A stretch of 64,000 nt of DNA from an uncultured delta proteobacterium. GTDB taxonomy: Bacteria > Desulfobacterota > Binatia > Binatales > Binataceae. Each line of letters opens with the position of its first letter. Within the stretch, counting starts at the first letter, position 1. This document shows, piece after piece, positions 9,953 to 20,353 of the stretch. The stretch covers positions 1,888,001-1,952,000 of the forward strand of contig CAVXXK010000001.1 in NCBI GenBank assembly GCA_963765675.1, written 5' to 3'. The notes beneath the pieces were generated by a model, which worked only from the letters and a program-made list of their open reading frames with translations, did not search any database and was not told the DNA's origin. Both the position numbers and the translations under genes were made by a program.

Positions 9953-11260
9953 TTGCATAACATCACCACTGAAGGGCTGGACCGCGCGATCCTGGTCGGG
10001 ATCGAACTCGGCGCCGCCGAGGGAATCTCGACCGAGGAATCATTGGCGGAGCTTCGCGCGCTCACGCTCAGCGCCGGGGCCAGCGTCGAGGCGACGGTCA
10101 GCCAGAAGCTCAAGGCTCCTGACCCGCGCACCTTTATCGGCAAGGGCAAGGCGGCCGAGGTTCGCGAGCTCGCGCATCAGACGGGCGCGACGCTCGTGAT
10201 CTTCGACGACGCGCTCTCGCCCGCGCAGGCGCGCAATCTTGAGAATGAACTCAAGCTGCGCGTGATCGATCGCAGCCAGTTGATTCTCGATATCTTCGCA
10301 CTGCGTGCGCGCACCCTGGAAGGCAAACTGCAGGTCGAGATCGCGCAGCTCGCCTACCTGCAGCCGCGCCTGACGCGCCAGTGGTCGCATCTGTCGCGCG
10401 TCCGCGGTGGAGGCGGTAGTGCCGGAGGCGGCGGCAGCGGAGCCAGCGGCGGCGGAGTCGGCACGCGCGGACCCGGCGAAACCCAGCTCGAGGTTGATCG
10501 CCGCCGCCTGCGCGAAAAGCTCACTCGCCTGCGAGCGCGCCTGCGCGAGGTCGAACGCACGCGCACGATTCAGCGCCGCCGCCGTCTTGAGGTTCCGTAC
10601 CCGACGGTGGCGCTGGTCGGCTACACCAACTCCGGCAAATCCACGCTGATGAACGCGTTCACGGGTGCTGGCGTCGAGGCTGCGAACCGCCCGTTCTCGA
10701 CGCTCGATCCGACGATCCGGCGCCTCAAGCTGCCGGGCAGGATGTCGGTGATGCTGGCCGACACGGTTGGATTTATTCATCGCTTGCCGCACGGACTGAT
10801 CGACGCGTTCAAGGCGACGCTCGAAGAAGTGCGCACCGCGAGCCTGCTGATTCACGTGGTCGATGCGAGTTCCGAGCTTGCAGGAGAGCGGATGGAGATC
10901 GTCGATCGCGTGCTCGAGGAGATCGGCGCCGGCGCGACTCCGCGAATTATCGCGATGAACAAGAGCGACCTGACCGAGAAAGCTCCGCACGTCGCGGCCG
11001 ATCACGACATCGTCGCGATCTCGGCACTGCGCGGCGAAGGGCTGGACGAGTTGCGCGACGTGATCGCGCGCCACTTCAGCGGCTCGCGCCAGGAAGTTGT
11101 CGTGACGCTTGCGGCCAGCCGAGGCGATCTGGTGGCTATGGCGCGCCGCGATGGCGAAGTGCTAAGCGAAGAATACAGCGACGGCAAGGTCGCGATGCGC
11201 GCGCTGGTCAGCGCCACGGTTGCGGGACGGCTGCGCAAAGCCGCGCTCGCGCGGGCCTGA
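9953..11260 (+). CDS. hflX: GTPase HflX
   Basis: GPGETQLE, GYTNSGKST, STLDPT, DTVGF and NKSD motifs. Confidence 0.97.
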   Translation: MHNITTEGLDRAILVGIELGAAEGISTEESLAELRALTLSAGASVEATVSQKLKAPDPRTFIGKGKAAEVRELAHQTGATLVIFDDALSPAQARNLENELKLRVIDRSQLILDIFALRARTLEGKLQVEIAQLAYLQPRLTRQWSHLSRVRGGGGSAGGGGSGASGGGVGTRGPGETQLEVDRRRLREKLTRLRARLREVERTRTIQRRRRLEVPYPTVALVGYTNSGKSTLMNAFTGAGVEAANRPFSTLDPTIRRLKLPGRMSVMLADTVGFIHRLPHGLIDAFKATLEEVRTASLLIHVVDASSELAGERMEIVDRVLEEIGAGATPRIIAMNKSDLTEKAPHVAADHDIVAISALRGEGLDELRDVIARHFSGSRQEVVVTLAASRGDLVAMARRDGEVLSEEYSDGKVAMRALVSATVAGRLRKAALARA

Positions 11261-11283
11261 ATGACGCGCGGACTGGAACGGAA

Positions 11284-11910
11284 ATGGCTGCAGGTCAACC
11301 ACATCAGACCCCGCCGAGACTCGTCAGGAAGGCGGGTACTCCGGCGGTCACCAAGCGGCTGCTCAACCTGCCGAATATCCTTACCCTGTGCCGGCTCGGC
11401 TCGATTCCGATTTTTCTGTTGCTCCTCAGCAAGCAACGCTACACCGCCGCACTATATGTTTTTGTCGCTGCCGCGGTGACCGACAGCCTCGACGGCACGG
11501 TCGCGCGATGGTTCGACGCGCGCACCGAGCTGGGCGCATTTCTCGACCCGTTCGCAGACAAGCTGATGCTGGTGTCGGCGTTCGTCGTGATGACGATCTA
11601 CGGCGATTTTCCGGCGTGGCTGTTGATCGTGGTCGCGATCCGCGACATCGTGATCGTCTTCGGCTACCTGATGCTGTCGTTCTTCACCGGCGAACGGATT
11701 CCCGTGCGTCCGAGCTACTTGGGCAAGATCAGCACGTTCCTTCAACTCGCGTGCGTGACCGCCGCGCTCTTGCGATTGGGTCAGCTCTATCCGGACTATT
11801 TCTACGCGCTGCTGTACCTGACCGTCGCGGCCACCGCGATGTCGGGAGTCCATTACATGTACCGCGGCCTGGTATGGCTCGGATCGCGCGAGCCCGAGAT
11901 GTTTACCTAG
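11284..11910 (+). CDS. CDP-alcohol phosphatidyltransferase (PgsA-like)
   Basis: NLPNILT and DSLDG..AR...G..LDP.ADK signature. Confidence 0.92.
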   Translation: MAAGQPHQTPPRLVRKAGTPAVTKRLLNLPNILTLCRLGSIPIFLLLLSKQRYTAALYVFVAAAVTDSLDGTVARWFDARTELGAFLDPFADKLMLVSAFVVMTIYGDFPAWLLIVVAIRDIVIVFGYLMLSFFTGERIPVRPSYLGKISTFLQLACVTAALLRLGQLYPDYFYALLYLTVAATAMSGVHYMYRGLVWLGSREPEMFT

Positions 11911-11911
11911 C

Positions 11912-13084
11912 CTAGTTGATCACTTTCGCGGCGCGCAGCTCTTCCACTTGCGTGCGATCGATTCCGAATTCGCGCAGGACTTCTTCGGTGTGCTCGCCGA
12001 GCTTCGGCGGCGTGCGCCACATCCGCGCCGGCGTCTCGCTGAATCGCGCGCCCGGATTGACCGTGCGTACTCTGCCCGCCGTCGGATGATCGTAAACCAG
12101 GAAGCTTTCGTTGGCGACAATCTCCGGATCAGTCAACAGCGTATCGTAGTTATGCACGGGACCGCACGGGATGTCGGCCTTTTCGAGGATCGGCAGCCAG
12201 TGTGCGGTCGGCTGCTCGGGAAACAGCTTGGCGAGTCCGCGCATGATTCCGCGCCCGCGCTCCATCCGGTTCTCCACGCCGTCGTACCATTCCAGATGCC
12301 CGACCGCGTCGCACAGGCGGCGTAACTGCTCGTCGGTGAAGGGCGCGATCGTGAGCCATCCGTCGGCGGTGCGGAACGGATCGAGGGTCGAGCTTTTGGG
12401 CGCGGTGCCCTTGAACTCCGCCTCGGGAAGAAACGTGTATTCGTACATAGAGTCGTTGGCCGTGAACGCCATCATCGCTTCGAGCATCGGCACCTTGACG
12501 AACTGGCCGACTCCGCGCGCGCGCGCCGCGTGCAACGCCGCCACTACGCTCAGCGCGGCGGTGATCCCGCTGACCTTGTCGGCCAGCGCCATCTTGACCG
12601 CAGTTGGCTGTCCGCTCTTGCCGCCCTGCACATGCTCCATCCCGGAGTATCCCTGGATTACAGGATCGTAGGCGGGAAAATTCGCGTAGCGGCCCTTGGG
12701 CGGAAATCCGCAGATCGAGCAATAGACGATCTTGGGATTCGCGCGGCGGATATCGGCGTAGCCGATACCCAGGCGCTCGGCGACGCCCGGACGATTGTTC
12801 TCGACGATCGCGTCAGACTTTACCGCGAGGCGGCGCACGAGGTCGCGGCCGTGCTCTTTTTTGATATCGATCACGACGCTGCGCTTGTTGCGGTTGAAAT
12901 TCAGAAACGCCGCCGTCAGCCCGTTTCTCTTTGGCCCGATGTTGCGGCGCAGCGAATCGCCCTCGGGTGACTCGACCTTGATCACGTCCGCACCCAGATC
13001 GCCCAGCAGCATCGTGCAGAACGGTCCTGAAATGACGGCCGTCAAATCCAGAATGCGAAAACCGGCCAGGGGTCCCTCAGCCAT
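11912..13084 (-). CDS. CoA-transferase family III (CaiB/BaiF)
   Basis: LGADVIKVE, NRNKRS, ENNRPG and PKLGEHT motifs. Confidence 0.94.
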   Translation of the reverse strand: MAEGPLAGFRILDLTAVISGPFCTMLLGDLGADVIKVESPEGDSLRRNIGPKRNGLTAAFLNFNRNKRSVVIDIKKEHGRDLVRRLAVKSDAIVENNRPGVAERLGIGYADIRRANPKIVYCSICGFPPKGRYANFPAYDPVIQGYSGMEHVQGGKSGQPTAVKMALADKVSGITAALSVVAALHAARARGVGQFVKVPMLEAMMAFTANDSMYEYTFLPEAEFKGTAPKSSTLDPFRTADGWLTIAPFTDEQLRRLCDAVGHLEWYDGVENRMERGRGIMRGLAKLFPEQPTAHWLPILEKADIPCGPVHNYDTLLTDPEIVANESFLVYDHPTAGRVRTVNPGARFSETPARMWRTPPKLGEHTEEVLREFGIDRTQVEELRAAKVIN

Positions 13085-13288
13085 AATACTAATTCCTCGA
13101 CTACTTCCGCGCGTGCTGAACCTGTGCCCGATCTCGGCAGACCGCCGGCGGCGCCAATCATGCGCGATCGCGGGTGAGAAGCCTGCTTAGCCCGCCCAGA
13201 CTTCCGCGTCAAGGCGCGTCGCGCGGGATTTCCGCGCGTCGATGCATCGTGAGCGAGTCGATGCCGTGATTTGTGGGCTGAAGCGAGC

Positions 13289-14125
13289 CTATTGCGCGGC
13301 AACTTTCGGAATACTGGTTCCGAACGCAACTTTCAGATCGTCGCCGGCGAATGGATAGACGTGCACCATCCATCCGAACGCGAGCGGCAGGAAATGTCCG
13401 CCGGCGGCCTGACACGCCGCCGCAGTGTGGATCTTTCCGGTGAATCCAAAACGTCCGTCGGCGAAGACGCCGTACTTCTGATCGCGGCCGAGCGCTTCGG
13501 GATTCGCCGCGATCGGAATCATCCCGGGAAGATTCTGCTGATCCTGTCCGGCGTTGCCGCGCAGCAGGTCGTCGAGCGTGATCGCCTGGGGCAGGCAAAT
13601 GTCCGTATGCTCATGCCATCGCGCGATTCCGAGCGGAATGAGCTGATTGAGCTGCTCCGGAGTAAAGTCCGGCGGCGCGCTGTACATCGCGCCGACCAGC
13701 ACGTAGTTTCCGTCGGGCTGCTTGACGTAAAGAATTGAGCCCGGATGCGCCAGGTCGAAGCGGCCGCGGTACTCGTCGCCCGCCCAAGCGTAGTTGGTGA
13801 AGTGATAAACGTCCTGCGGAACGGTCGGCATGAAAATCCGAAAGCCCTGCGCCAGCGCCGCGTGGTAATTGCGATATGGCAGGAGCACGCGGCGGAGGGT
13901 TGAGAGGATGTCGTTGGCGCGCTCGATATCCTCCGGCGTCGCTTCACGCAGGTCGGTCATGCGCATGTGCTCGTCCATGTGCATGTCGGAGCCCATTCCG
14001 TTGACCGAGGTGATTCCCGGCATCCCCTGCATCGAATCCATCGAGGACATATCGTGAGCATAGGCGGTCGCGGCCAAAACCGCGGCGACTCCGGCGGCGA
14101 TTGCGAGTGCGCTGATTTTCTTCAT
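13289..14125 (-). CDS. Secreted hypothetical protein with Met/His-rich N-terminus
   Basis: Signal peptide MKKISALA...AYA, then HDMSSMDSM...MHMDEHM. WHEH and WMVHV motifs downstream. Confidence 0.75.
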   Translation of the reverse strand: MKKISALAIAAGVAAVLAATAYAHDMSSMDSMQGMPGITSVNGMGSDMHMDEHMRMTDLREATPEDIERANDILSTLRRVLLPYRNYHAALAQGFRIFMPTVPQDVYHFTNYAWAGDEYRGRFDLAHPGSILYVKQPDGNYVLVGAMYSAPPDFTPEQLNQLIPLGIARWHEHTDICLPQAITLDDLLRGNAGQDQQNLPGMIPIAANPEALGRDQKYGVFADGRFGFTGKIHTAAACQAAGGHFLPLAFGWMVHVYPFAGDDLKVAFGTSIPKVAAQ

Positions 14126-14165
14126 TGGGTTTCGATTCTCCTGCGGGCAAGCCGCCGCGAGATTA

Positions 14166-14984
14166 TCAATTCCGATCGCCGCGCAGCCGCGCGTGCGAGA
14201 GCGCGGGCAACTCGCGCCGCACGCGCTCCTGGTACTCAAGATCGATCGGTGCGATCACCACGCCCTCGTAGTCGGCGGCGCGCGCAAGCACCCGCCCCCA
14301 CGGATCGACGATCATCGTATTTCCATAGTCGCTGAACCCGTGTGGATTCGGTCCGAACTGCGCCGGCGCGATCAGATAGACCTGGTTCTCGATCGCCCGC
14401 GCACGAATCAGCGTCTCCCAATGCGCCTCGCCGGTCGGAAAAGTGAACGCGCTCGGCAGCGTGACAATCTGCGCGCCGGCGAACACGAGCTGGCGGTAAA
14501 GTTCCGGGAAGCGCAGGTCGTAGCAAATCGTGAGTCCGATCGTCCCGAGAGGAGTCGGCGCCGCGACAACTTCGGCTCCGGGCATCTTCACGTCCGACTC
14601 GCGCGCAGTGACTCGTCCCGGCAGGTCGATATCGAACAGGTGAATCTTGCGATACACGGCGATACGCGAGCCGTTCGGGCCGAGCAGGACCGAGGTGTTG
14701 TAGTTGCGCGTCTGGTCCGCGACGCGCTCCGCGATCGATCCCGCGATCAGATGAAGTTGCAGCTCGCGCGCCAGGCGCGCCATCCGGGTGATCGACTCGC
14801 CCTCGAGCGTCTCGGCCGCCGCGGCTTCTTCGGCGCGCTTGCCGCGCCAGTTGAACATCTCGGGCAGCGCGACCAGGTTCGCGCCGCGCGCGGCCGCAAC
14901 GCGCACCAGGCGTTCGGCTCGTTCTAAGTTGGCGGCTTTGTCCGAAGCCGCCGCCATCTGGATCGCCGCCGCGAGGTAAGTCAT
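14166..14984 (-). CDS. Carbon-nitrogen hydrolase (Nit1/deaminated glutathione amidase-like)
   Basis: LPE, YRKIHLFD, ICYDLRFPE and RARAIENQ motifs. Confidence 0.93.
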   Translation of the reverse strand: MTYLAAAIQMAAASDKAANLERAERLVRVAAARGANLVALPEMFNWRGKRAEEAAAAETLEGESITRMARLARELQLHLIAGSIAERVADQTRNYNTSVLLGPNGSRIAVYRKIHLFDIDLPGRVTARESDVKMPGAEVVAAPTPLGTIGLTICYDLRFPELYRQLVFAGAQIVTLPSAFTFPTGEAHWETLIRARAIENQVYLIAPAQFGPNPHGFSDYGNTMIVDPWGRVLARAADYEGVVIAPIDLEYQERVRRELPALSHARLRGDRN

Positions 14985-15041
14985 CAGAATCTCAATACCC
15001 TGAAGCCGGATTATCCCGCTTTTGGGCGCGGTTTAGTAGCG

Positions 15042-15368
15042 TCAGTAACGCGGCACGGAGGGGTCGGCCTCGAGCGACCATGCGTTGATTCCGCCGGCCA
15101 AATTGACGACGTGCGTAAAGCCGTTGCGCGCCAGATACATCCCCACCTGCGCACTGCGCATCCCGTGATGGCATACGACGATCGTCTCGCGCTCGGGATC
15201 GAGCTCTCCGATTCGCGCCGGAATATCGTTCATCGGGATATGCGTCGCTCCGGGAAATGCCGCCAGCGCGATCTCCGCCGGCTCGCGCACGTCGAGAATG
15301 AACACGGTTTCGCCGCGTTCGAGGCGCGCCCTCAATTCCGCCGCATGAGTCTCGGAAAGCTCCGCCAT
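15042..15368 (-). CDS. Rhodanese-like sulfurtransferase
   Basis: LDVRE, CHHGMRS and NLAGGINAW motifs. Confidence 0.92.
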   Translation of the reverse strand: MAELSETHAAELRARLERGETVFILDVREPAEIALAAFPGATHIPMNDIPARIGELDPERETIVVCHHGMRSAQVGMYLARNGFTHVVNLAGGINAWSLEADPSVPRY

Positions 15369-15400
15369 GCCGCAACGATTACTCGGACAGGCGCCGCGCG

Positions 15401-15928
15401 CTACTGCGTGACGACGTCGGGATACAGCTTAACCTTCGCGAACCGCGGCAGCATCGGCATCGGGATCGAAAACGCGAAATGGTCGGTCGCGCCCGGCTTG
15501 AGCGGATCGAAGTGCGGCTTCTCGTTCAGGATTCGGCTGACCTCGGCATCCTCGTTCATGGATACCGCCTGCGAGTTGTAAACTGTCTCGGCGTGAACGA
15601 TCTTGCCGTGAGCATCTTCGAAACTGAAGACGAACTTCACGTAGTCGATCGGATGGGAATCCGTATTAGTTACTTTTCCGGTGACCACCAGGTTGGGCGG
15701 CATGCAGCACGAGCGCATGATCTTGTCCGTGCTGATGATCACGTGCACGTCCTTGACTGGCTGGAGCTGGGTCATCGGATGATCGTAGAGCATGTGCGTC
15801 GTCGCGGCCTCTCTTGCGGCCTCCGAGTTGTCCTTGACCGTGACCGCTGCCATCACGGTGACGGCGGCCAGTACACTGGCCGCGAAGGCCAGCGCGGTGA
15901 ATCCGATAGGTCCGATATGCTTTTTCAT
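15401..15928 (-). CDS. Exported hypothetical protein (FxLYD-like Ig-fold domain)
   Basis: N-terminal hydrophobic segment and VTGKVTN...LKPGAT.HF pattern. Confidence 0.6.
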   Translation of the reverse strand: MKKHIGPIGFTALAFAASVLAAVTVMAAVTVKDNSEAAREAATTHMLYDHPMTQLQPVKDVHVIISTDKIMRSCCMPPNLVVTGKVTNTDSHPIDYVKFVFSFEDAHGKIVHAETVYNSQAVSMNEDAEVSRILNEKPHFDPLKPGATDHFAFSIPMPMLPRFAKVKLYPDVVTQ

Positions 15929-16018
15929 AAGCAGGTTCTCCGTTCCGATCTTGGCCGTCGGCGCTCGCAAATGTCAAACTGGTATTAGCAAGCTATACTA
16001 CTCCGAAGAGCCGAGCGA

Positions 16019-16492
16019 ATGAGTATTCACGCTAATCTGGGTTCGAGCGAAGAGCGCGCCCTGATGGCGCTGGCGATAGATGAAGCTAAAACCGCCGGTT
16101 CCGAGGGCGAGGTTCCCATCGGTGCGGTCGTATGCGTCGCCGGAGAAGTTGTGGCGCTCGGGCATAACCGCCCGATTTCGTTGAACGATCCGACCGGACA
16201 CGCCGAGATCCTCGCGATTCGAGAGGCTGCCCGCGCACTTGGCGTCTACCGCCTGACCGAGGCCGCGCTATACGTCACGCTCGAGCCGTGCGTGATGTGC
16301 GTCGGGGCGATCATCGCGGCGCGGCTCGCGAAGGTCGTCTATGGCGCCCGCGACGAAAAGGCCGGCGCGCTCGGCTCGGTATACGACATCGGCCGCGACG
16401 GCCGCCTGAACCATCGGATCGAAGTGCACGGCGGCATAATGGCCGACGAGTGCGCGGCAATCCTGCGCGACTTCTTCAAGAGCCGCCGCTGA
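16019..16492 (+). CDS. tadA: tRNA adenosine(34) deaminase
   Basis: EVPIGAV, HAEI and TLEPCVMC motifs. Confidence 0.93.
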   Translation: MSIHANLGSSEERALMALAIDEAKTAGSEGEVPIGAVVCVAGEVVALGHNRPISLNDPTGHAEILAIREAARALGVYRLTEAALYVTLEPCVMCVGAIIAARLAKVVYGARDEKAGALGSVYDIGRDGRLNHRIEVHGGIMADECAAILRDFFKSRR

Positions 16493-16519
16493 GAGCAGAC
16501 GCGGGGAAAAAGGGGGACG

Positions 16520-16858
16520 ATGGGCAATTTCAGATTTTATCGGCGGATGCGAATCTTCCCGGGGCTGTCGGTCAATCTCTCGAAGTCGGGGCCGAGCCTG
16601 ACCGTCGGGATGCGCGGCGCGCACGTGACGGTCGGATCGCGCGGGGTGCGCAAGACGGTCGGAATTCCCGGCACTGGAATCTACTACACCTCGCATAGCG
16701 GCTATCACTCGGGAGTTCATTCGGCGCACGTCGAGGGTCCGATCTCAGCGCAGCAGCAGGCCGCCGCGCACGGAGCCGGCGCAGGTATCGCGATCGTGAT
16801 CATTCTCGGCCTGGTGCTGCTGATAGGAATCGCGATCGGCTCAGCGATGGGACATTAG
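16520..16858 (+). CDS. DUF4236-domain membrane protein
   Basis: FRFYRR....PGLSVNLSKSG...IPGTGIYY followed by a C-terminal TM helix. Confidence 0.85.
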   Translation: MGNFRFYRRMRIFPGLSVNLSKSGPSLTVGMRGAHVTVGSRGVRKTVGIPGTGIYYTSHSGYHSGVHSAHVEGPISAQQQAAAHGAGAGIAIVIILGLVLLIGIAIGSAMGH

Positions 16859-16864
16859 AGAGCC

Positions 16865-17014
16865 TGGACAATGTCGGCTGGGGGCTTTTGGCGTATACGG
16901 CGGAACGATACCGACTCCGCGGGTCGACAAGTTGGCCAGCGAAGGCATCCGCTTCAACAACTACAACGTCGAGGTTCAGTGCACGCCGACGCGCTCGGCC
17001 ATAATGTCCGGGCG
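16865..17014 (+). pseudogene. Arylsulfatase N-terminal fragment
   Basis: About 89% identical (manual alignment) to 18303-18453, with a 1-bp deletion and no start codon. Retains CTPTRS. Confidence 0.85.
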
Positions 17015-17034
17015 TCATCGGGCTCGCCAGACGG

Positions 17035-18033
17035 TTACATCGCGTCAAGCGGGTTTTCCTTGTTCGCGCCGAAGCTGACTACCAGCTTGAACCACACGGT
17101 GTTGCCGCTGAGCCGATTCGTTACGCCGATTTCCGGCAGCCATTTGGCTTCGGCGGCCAAATCCAAGCCGCCAACGCTGTAGGCATACGAGATTTCGGGG
17201 CCGATGCCCGCAGTCATGCCCTCGAAGCCACCGAGCCGCGCGCCGCTGCCACCGTCGCCGGTGATTTGCTGATAGAAAAATCCATTGGCGCCGGCGCCGA
17301 TGAATCCCCCGAACAACGGCAGATGCTCGGCCAACGTGCCGTCGAGGTAAAACTGATCACCAGTCTGGTAGTTGGTCGTGCCGTTCTCGGTGTTGAAGTC
17401 GAAGCCAGTGAATGCCGTCAGCTCGAAGCCGTACTTGCTGCTGAGGTAACTGGCTGCCGCGCCCGGCTCGAAGGTCCAGTAGTTCTTGCCGACGTTCGCA
17501 AGGGCGTCTTTTTTGAAGTCGCCCGTGGGCGCGTAGATCCCGAATGTCCCCTGCCACTTTAGGTCACCTTTGATCCAACCGAACGTCAAAGGCAGGATTT
17601 CAATGTCTCCGAACCCGTTGTCCGTACCCCGCGCCTGGCGGCCAAGAGTTAAACGTTTAAGATTAAGGACCGCGTTTGCCTTCACGTCCAACCATACATA
17701 AGGGACCGCCACCGCGGCTCCATACTGCCCGCCCAACAAGGTCCACGGGGCCTGATAGAGGAAGATGGAAGTGTCGGCGTAGACTGTGCTTTTGATGTTG
17801 GCAGCGACCTGTCCTCCCAGTTGGAGGTCGCGCGACGCGCCCGCCGACCCGTGGTAGTAGAGGAACGCGTTTGCGTAGACAAATGTGGATGTCCCCCGGT
17901 CGGGGAGCATGTCGATGAATGAAGCGGTCGTTCCTGGCTGATAGTGACCGCTGCCGCCTTCTTCCGCGCACGCAAATCCGCAGAACATTGCAGCCGATGT
18001 CATAATCAGAAAAACAATCGTGCACAGGTTCAC
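17035..18033 (-). CDS. SphA/MetA-pathway-of-phenol-degradation family outer-membrane protein
   Basis: EGGSGHY.PG, GFGDI and APTG....ANVGKNYWT motifs. Confidence 0.82.
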   Translation of the reverse strand: MNLCTIVFLIMTSAAMFCGFACAEEGGSGHYQPGTTASFIDMLPDRGTSTFVYANAFLYYHGSAGASRDLQLGGQVAANIKSTVYADTSIFLYQAPWTLLGGQYGAAVAVPYVWLDVKANAVLNLKRLTLGRQARGTDNGFGDIEILPLTFGWIKGDLKWQGTFGIYAPTGDFKKDALANVGKNYWTFEPGAAASYLSSKYGFELTAFTGFDFNTENGTTNYQTGDQFYLDGTLAEHLPLFGGFIGAGANGFFYQQITGDGGSGARLGGFEGMTAGIGPEISYAYSVGGLDLAAEAKWLPEIGVTNRLSGNTVWFKLVVSFGANKENPLDAM

Positions 18034-18172
18034 TTTTTATCCCCTCCGCGTCGGCCGCAGGAAAAATCGTAAGATTGTACATCGGCTTGGAAAACGGCGG
18101 ATGAGCCTCAGCGATGGAAGATTGCTGCCCGAACGAATAAGTTCTCCGCTCAAAGCACCTCTGGAGAATCGT

Positions 18173-19651
18173 ATGACGCAAGGAACCATTAGACGGAGCG
18201 CCGCGCTACAGATAATCGGCTGCGCGGTGCTCGGTTTGGCGATGTTAGCTGCCGTGCCGGTGTCGGCAGCGGAACAAAAGCCCAACATCGTTTTCATCCT
18301 GGTGGACAACGTCGGGTGGGGCGCTTTTGGCGTATACGGCGGGACGGTACCCACTCCGCGAATCGACAAGTTGGCTAGTGAAGGCATCCGCTTCAATAAC
18401 TATAACGTCGAGGCTCAGTGCACGCCGACCCGCTCGGCCATCATGACTGGGCGGTATTCGGTACGCTCGGGCACCTACAAGGTCCCTTTTCCCGGGGAGG
18501 GGCTGGGTGGGATGGCGCCTTGGGAATACACGATCGCCGAACTCCTCTCCGACACCGGCTACGCCACCGCGTTATACGGCAAGTGGCATTTGGGCGATAC
18601 CCAAGGCCGGCTTCCAAACGACCAAGGCTTCGATGAGTGGTGGGGTGTCAAGAACACCTGGGACGAGGCGGGCTATACGGCGTGGCCGCTGTTCAAGGAA
18701 AGCGGCCAGCCGGTGCCAATGCTCTGGGAAGGAAAAAAAGGCGAGCCGTCCAAGCCGGTGATGCCGCTTGATCTCAAAGTGCGCGCCATCGTGGATGGAC
18801 AGTACATCATCCCGAAGACCGTCGAGTTCATCAAACGCAATGCGGCCGCGAAAAAGCCCTTCTTCGTCTACGTGGGTTACTCCGAGATGCATCCGCCCAT
18901 CATCGGCAACCCGGACTTCGTCGGCAAGTCCACCCAGCGCGGCGGCCTGTACGCCGATGTCATCGGCGAGATGGACTACCGCGTCGGTCAAGTCGTGGAC
19001 GCCATCAAGGACGCGGGTATCGAGGACAACACCATCGTGATTCTGAGCAGCGACAACGCGAGCGGCGGCGCGATTCCGCAGCTCGGGGGAAGTACCAATG
19101 GACCGTGGCGAGGTGATTTCACGAACACGCCGTTCGAGGGAAGCATGCGTGTGCCTGCGATGATCCGTTGGCCGGGTAAGGTCCCTGCCGACGTCGTTAC
19201 GAATGAGATGCTTGCCGCGGTGGATTGGCTGCCCACGCTCGCCGGAATGGTGGGTGCGTCGAAATTGGTGCCCAAGGATCGACCGATCGACGGCGTCGAT
19301 GCTTCAGCCTTCATGCTGGGGAAGAGCAATACGACCGGCCGCGACAGCTACATGTTCTTCGGCATCGACGGCCAGCTGATGTCGATCAAGTGGAAGATCT
19401 ACAAGACGATCTTCCGCTACACAGATAATACACTGTCTCCCGCCATCCAGAGTTCCTACATCCAGCCGCAGTTCCCCATGATGTACGACCTGAGCAGCGA
19501 TCCGCACGAGGACAACAACCTTACCTACACTGATCTGACCAACGGTTGGATATTTGGTCCGGATTTCAAGCTCATCGGAGAATATCAACGGAGCCTTAAG
19601 AAATACCCCAACATCAAGGTAGGTGAGGATTTCAAGGGCTATGCGAGATGA
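18173..19651 (+). CDS. Arylsulfatase (formylglycine-dependent, Cys-type)
   Basis: Signal peptide, PNIVFILVD, CTPTR (CxPxR) and GKWHLG motifs. Confidence 0.94.
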   Translation: MTQGTIRRSAALQIIGCAVLGLAMLAAVPVSAAEQKPNIVFILVDNVGWGAFGVYGGTVPTPRIDKLASEGIRFNNYNVEAQCTPTRSAIMTGRYSVRSGTYKVPFPGEGLGGMAPWEYTIAELLSDTGYATALYGKWHLGDTQGRLPNDQGFDEWWGVKNTWDEAGYTAWPLFKESGQPVPMLWEGKKGEPSKPVMPLDLKVRAIVDGQYIIPKTVEFIKRNAAAKKPFFVYVGYSEMHPPIIGNPDFVGKSTQRGGLYADVIGEMDYRVGQVVDAIKDAGIEDNTIVILSSDNASGGAIPQLGGSTNGPWRGDFTNTPFEGSMRVPAMIRWPGKVPADVVTNEMLAAVDWLPTLAGMVGASKLVPKDRPIDGVDASAFMLGKSNTTGRDSYMFFGIDGQLMSIKWKIYKTIFRYTDNTLSPAIQSSYIQPQFPMMYDLSSDPHEDNNLTYTDLTNGWIFGPDFKLIGEYQRSLKKYPNIKVGEDFKGYAR

Positions 19652-19678
19652 ATTACGAAATCGGCATGACCGCGCCAT

Positions 19679-20326
19679 TCAACGGGATTGAGGCGCTAAC
19701 ATCGCAATCGCGAGATTCACAAGCTCTTCAATGCGGCCGTGTCCGAATCGCGCCGGTTCAACGGGAAACATCATAGCCCAACCGTCGGCCAACGCACTGA
19801 TTTGATCGGCGAGCAAATCCGCCCGAAAATCCCGCCGTACAACTCCTTCCGCTTGCCCCTTTTCGAGCAGGGCTGCAAGCTTGCGCCGGAATTGCGCATA
19901 GCGTCTCTGGATGACGGCGGCGAGTGCTGGGTCGGTACCGGCGTGGACCAAAAGCTGGAGACTGACAAGCCATGCGTCCCCTTGGTCGGACTTTGTCCAG
20001 AAAATGAAATGGTCGAAAATGGCCCGAATATCGTTGACCGAAGCGCTATTTAGCCACTCATCAAATTCATCGAACAAGGCTTCTGCGACGGCAACGACCA
20101 TGGCTTCCTTGTTCGCAAAATAATATGTGACCGCTCCCGTTGTGAAGCCGGCGCGCTTCGCTACCTTGCGGAGTGACGCGCCAGCGTATCCCTCGCGAGC
20201 AATCACGTGTCGTGCCGCCGCGAGCAATTCGCCGTTCCTGGCTTGACGATCGCCGACGGGCCGCCCTCTTTTTCGGCCGCGTATCCGGGGCAGAGCTGTC
20301 GAAGTGCGTAGAGTTCGCTGCCGCAT
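19679..20326 (-). CDS. TetR-family regulator (BetI-like C-terminus)
   Basis: HTH ASLRKVAKRAGFTTGAVTYYFANKE. Divergent from the PhyH operon. Start uncertain. Confidence 0.9.
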   Translation of the reverse strand: MRQRTLRTSTALPRIRGRKRGRPVGDRQARNGELLAAARHVIAREGYAGASLRKVAKRAGFTTGAVTYYFANKEAMVVAVAEALFDEFDEWLNSASVNDIRAIFDHFIFWTKSDQGDAWLVSLQLLVHAGTDPALAAVIQRRYAQFRRKLAALLEKGQAEGVVRRDFRADLLADQISALADGWAMMFPVEPARFGHGRIEELVNLAIAMLAPQSR

Positions 20327-20353
20327 GCGTTTCAAAATATATTTTTTTCTTTT

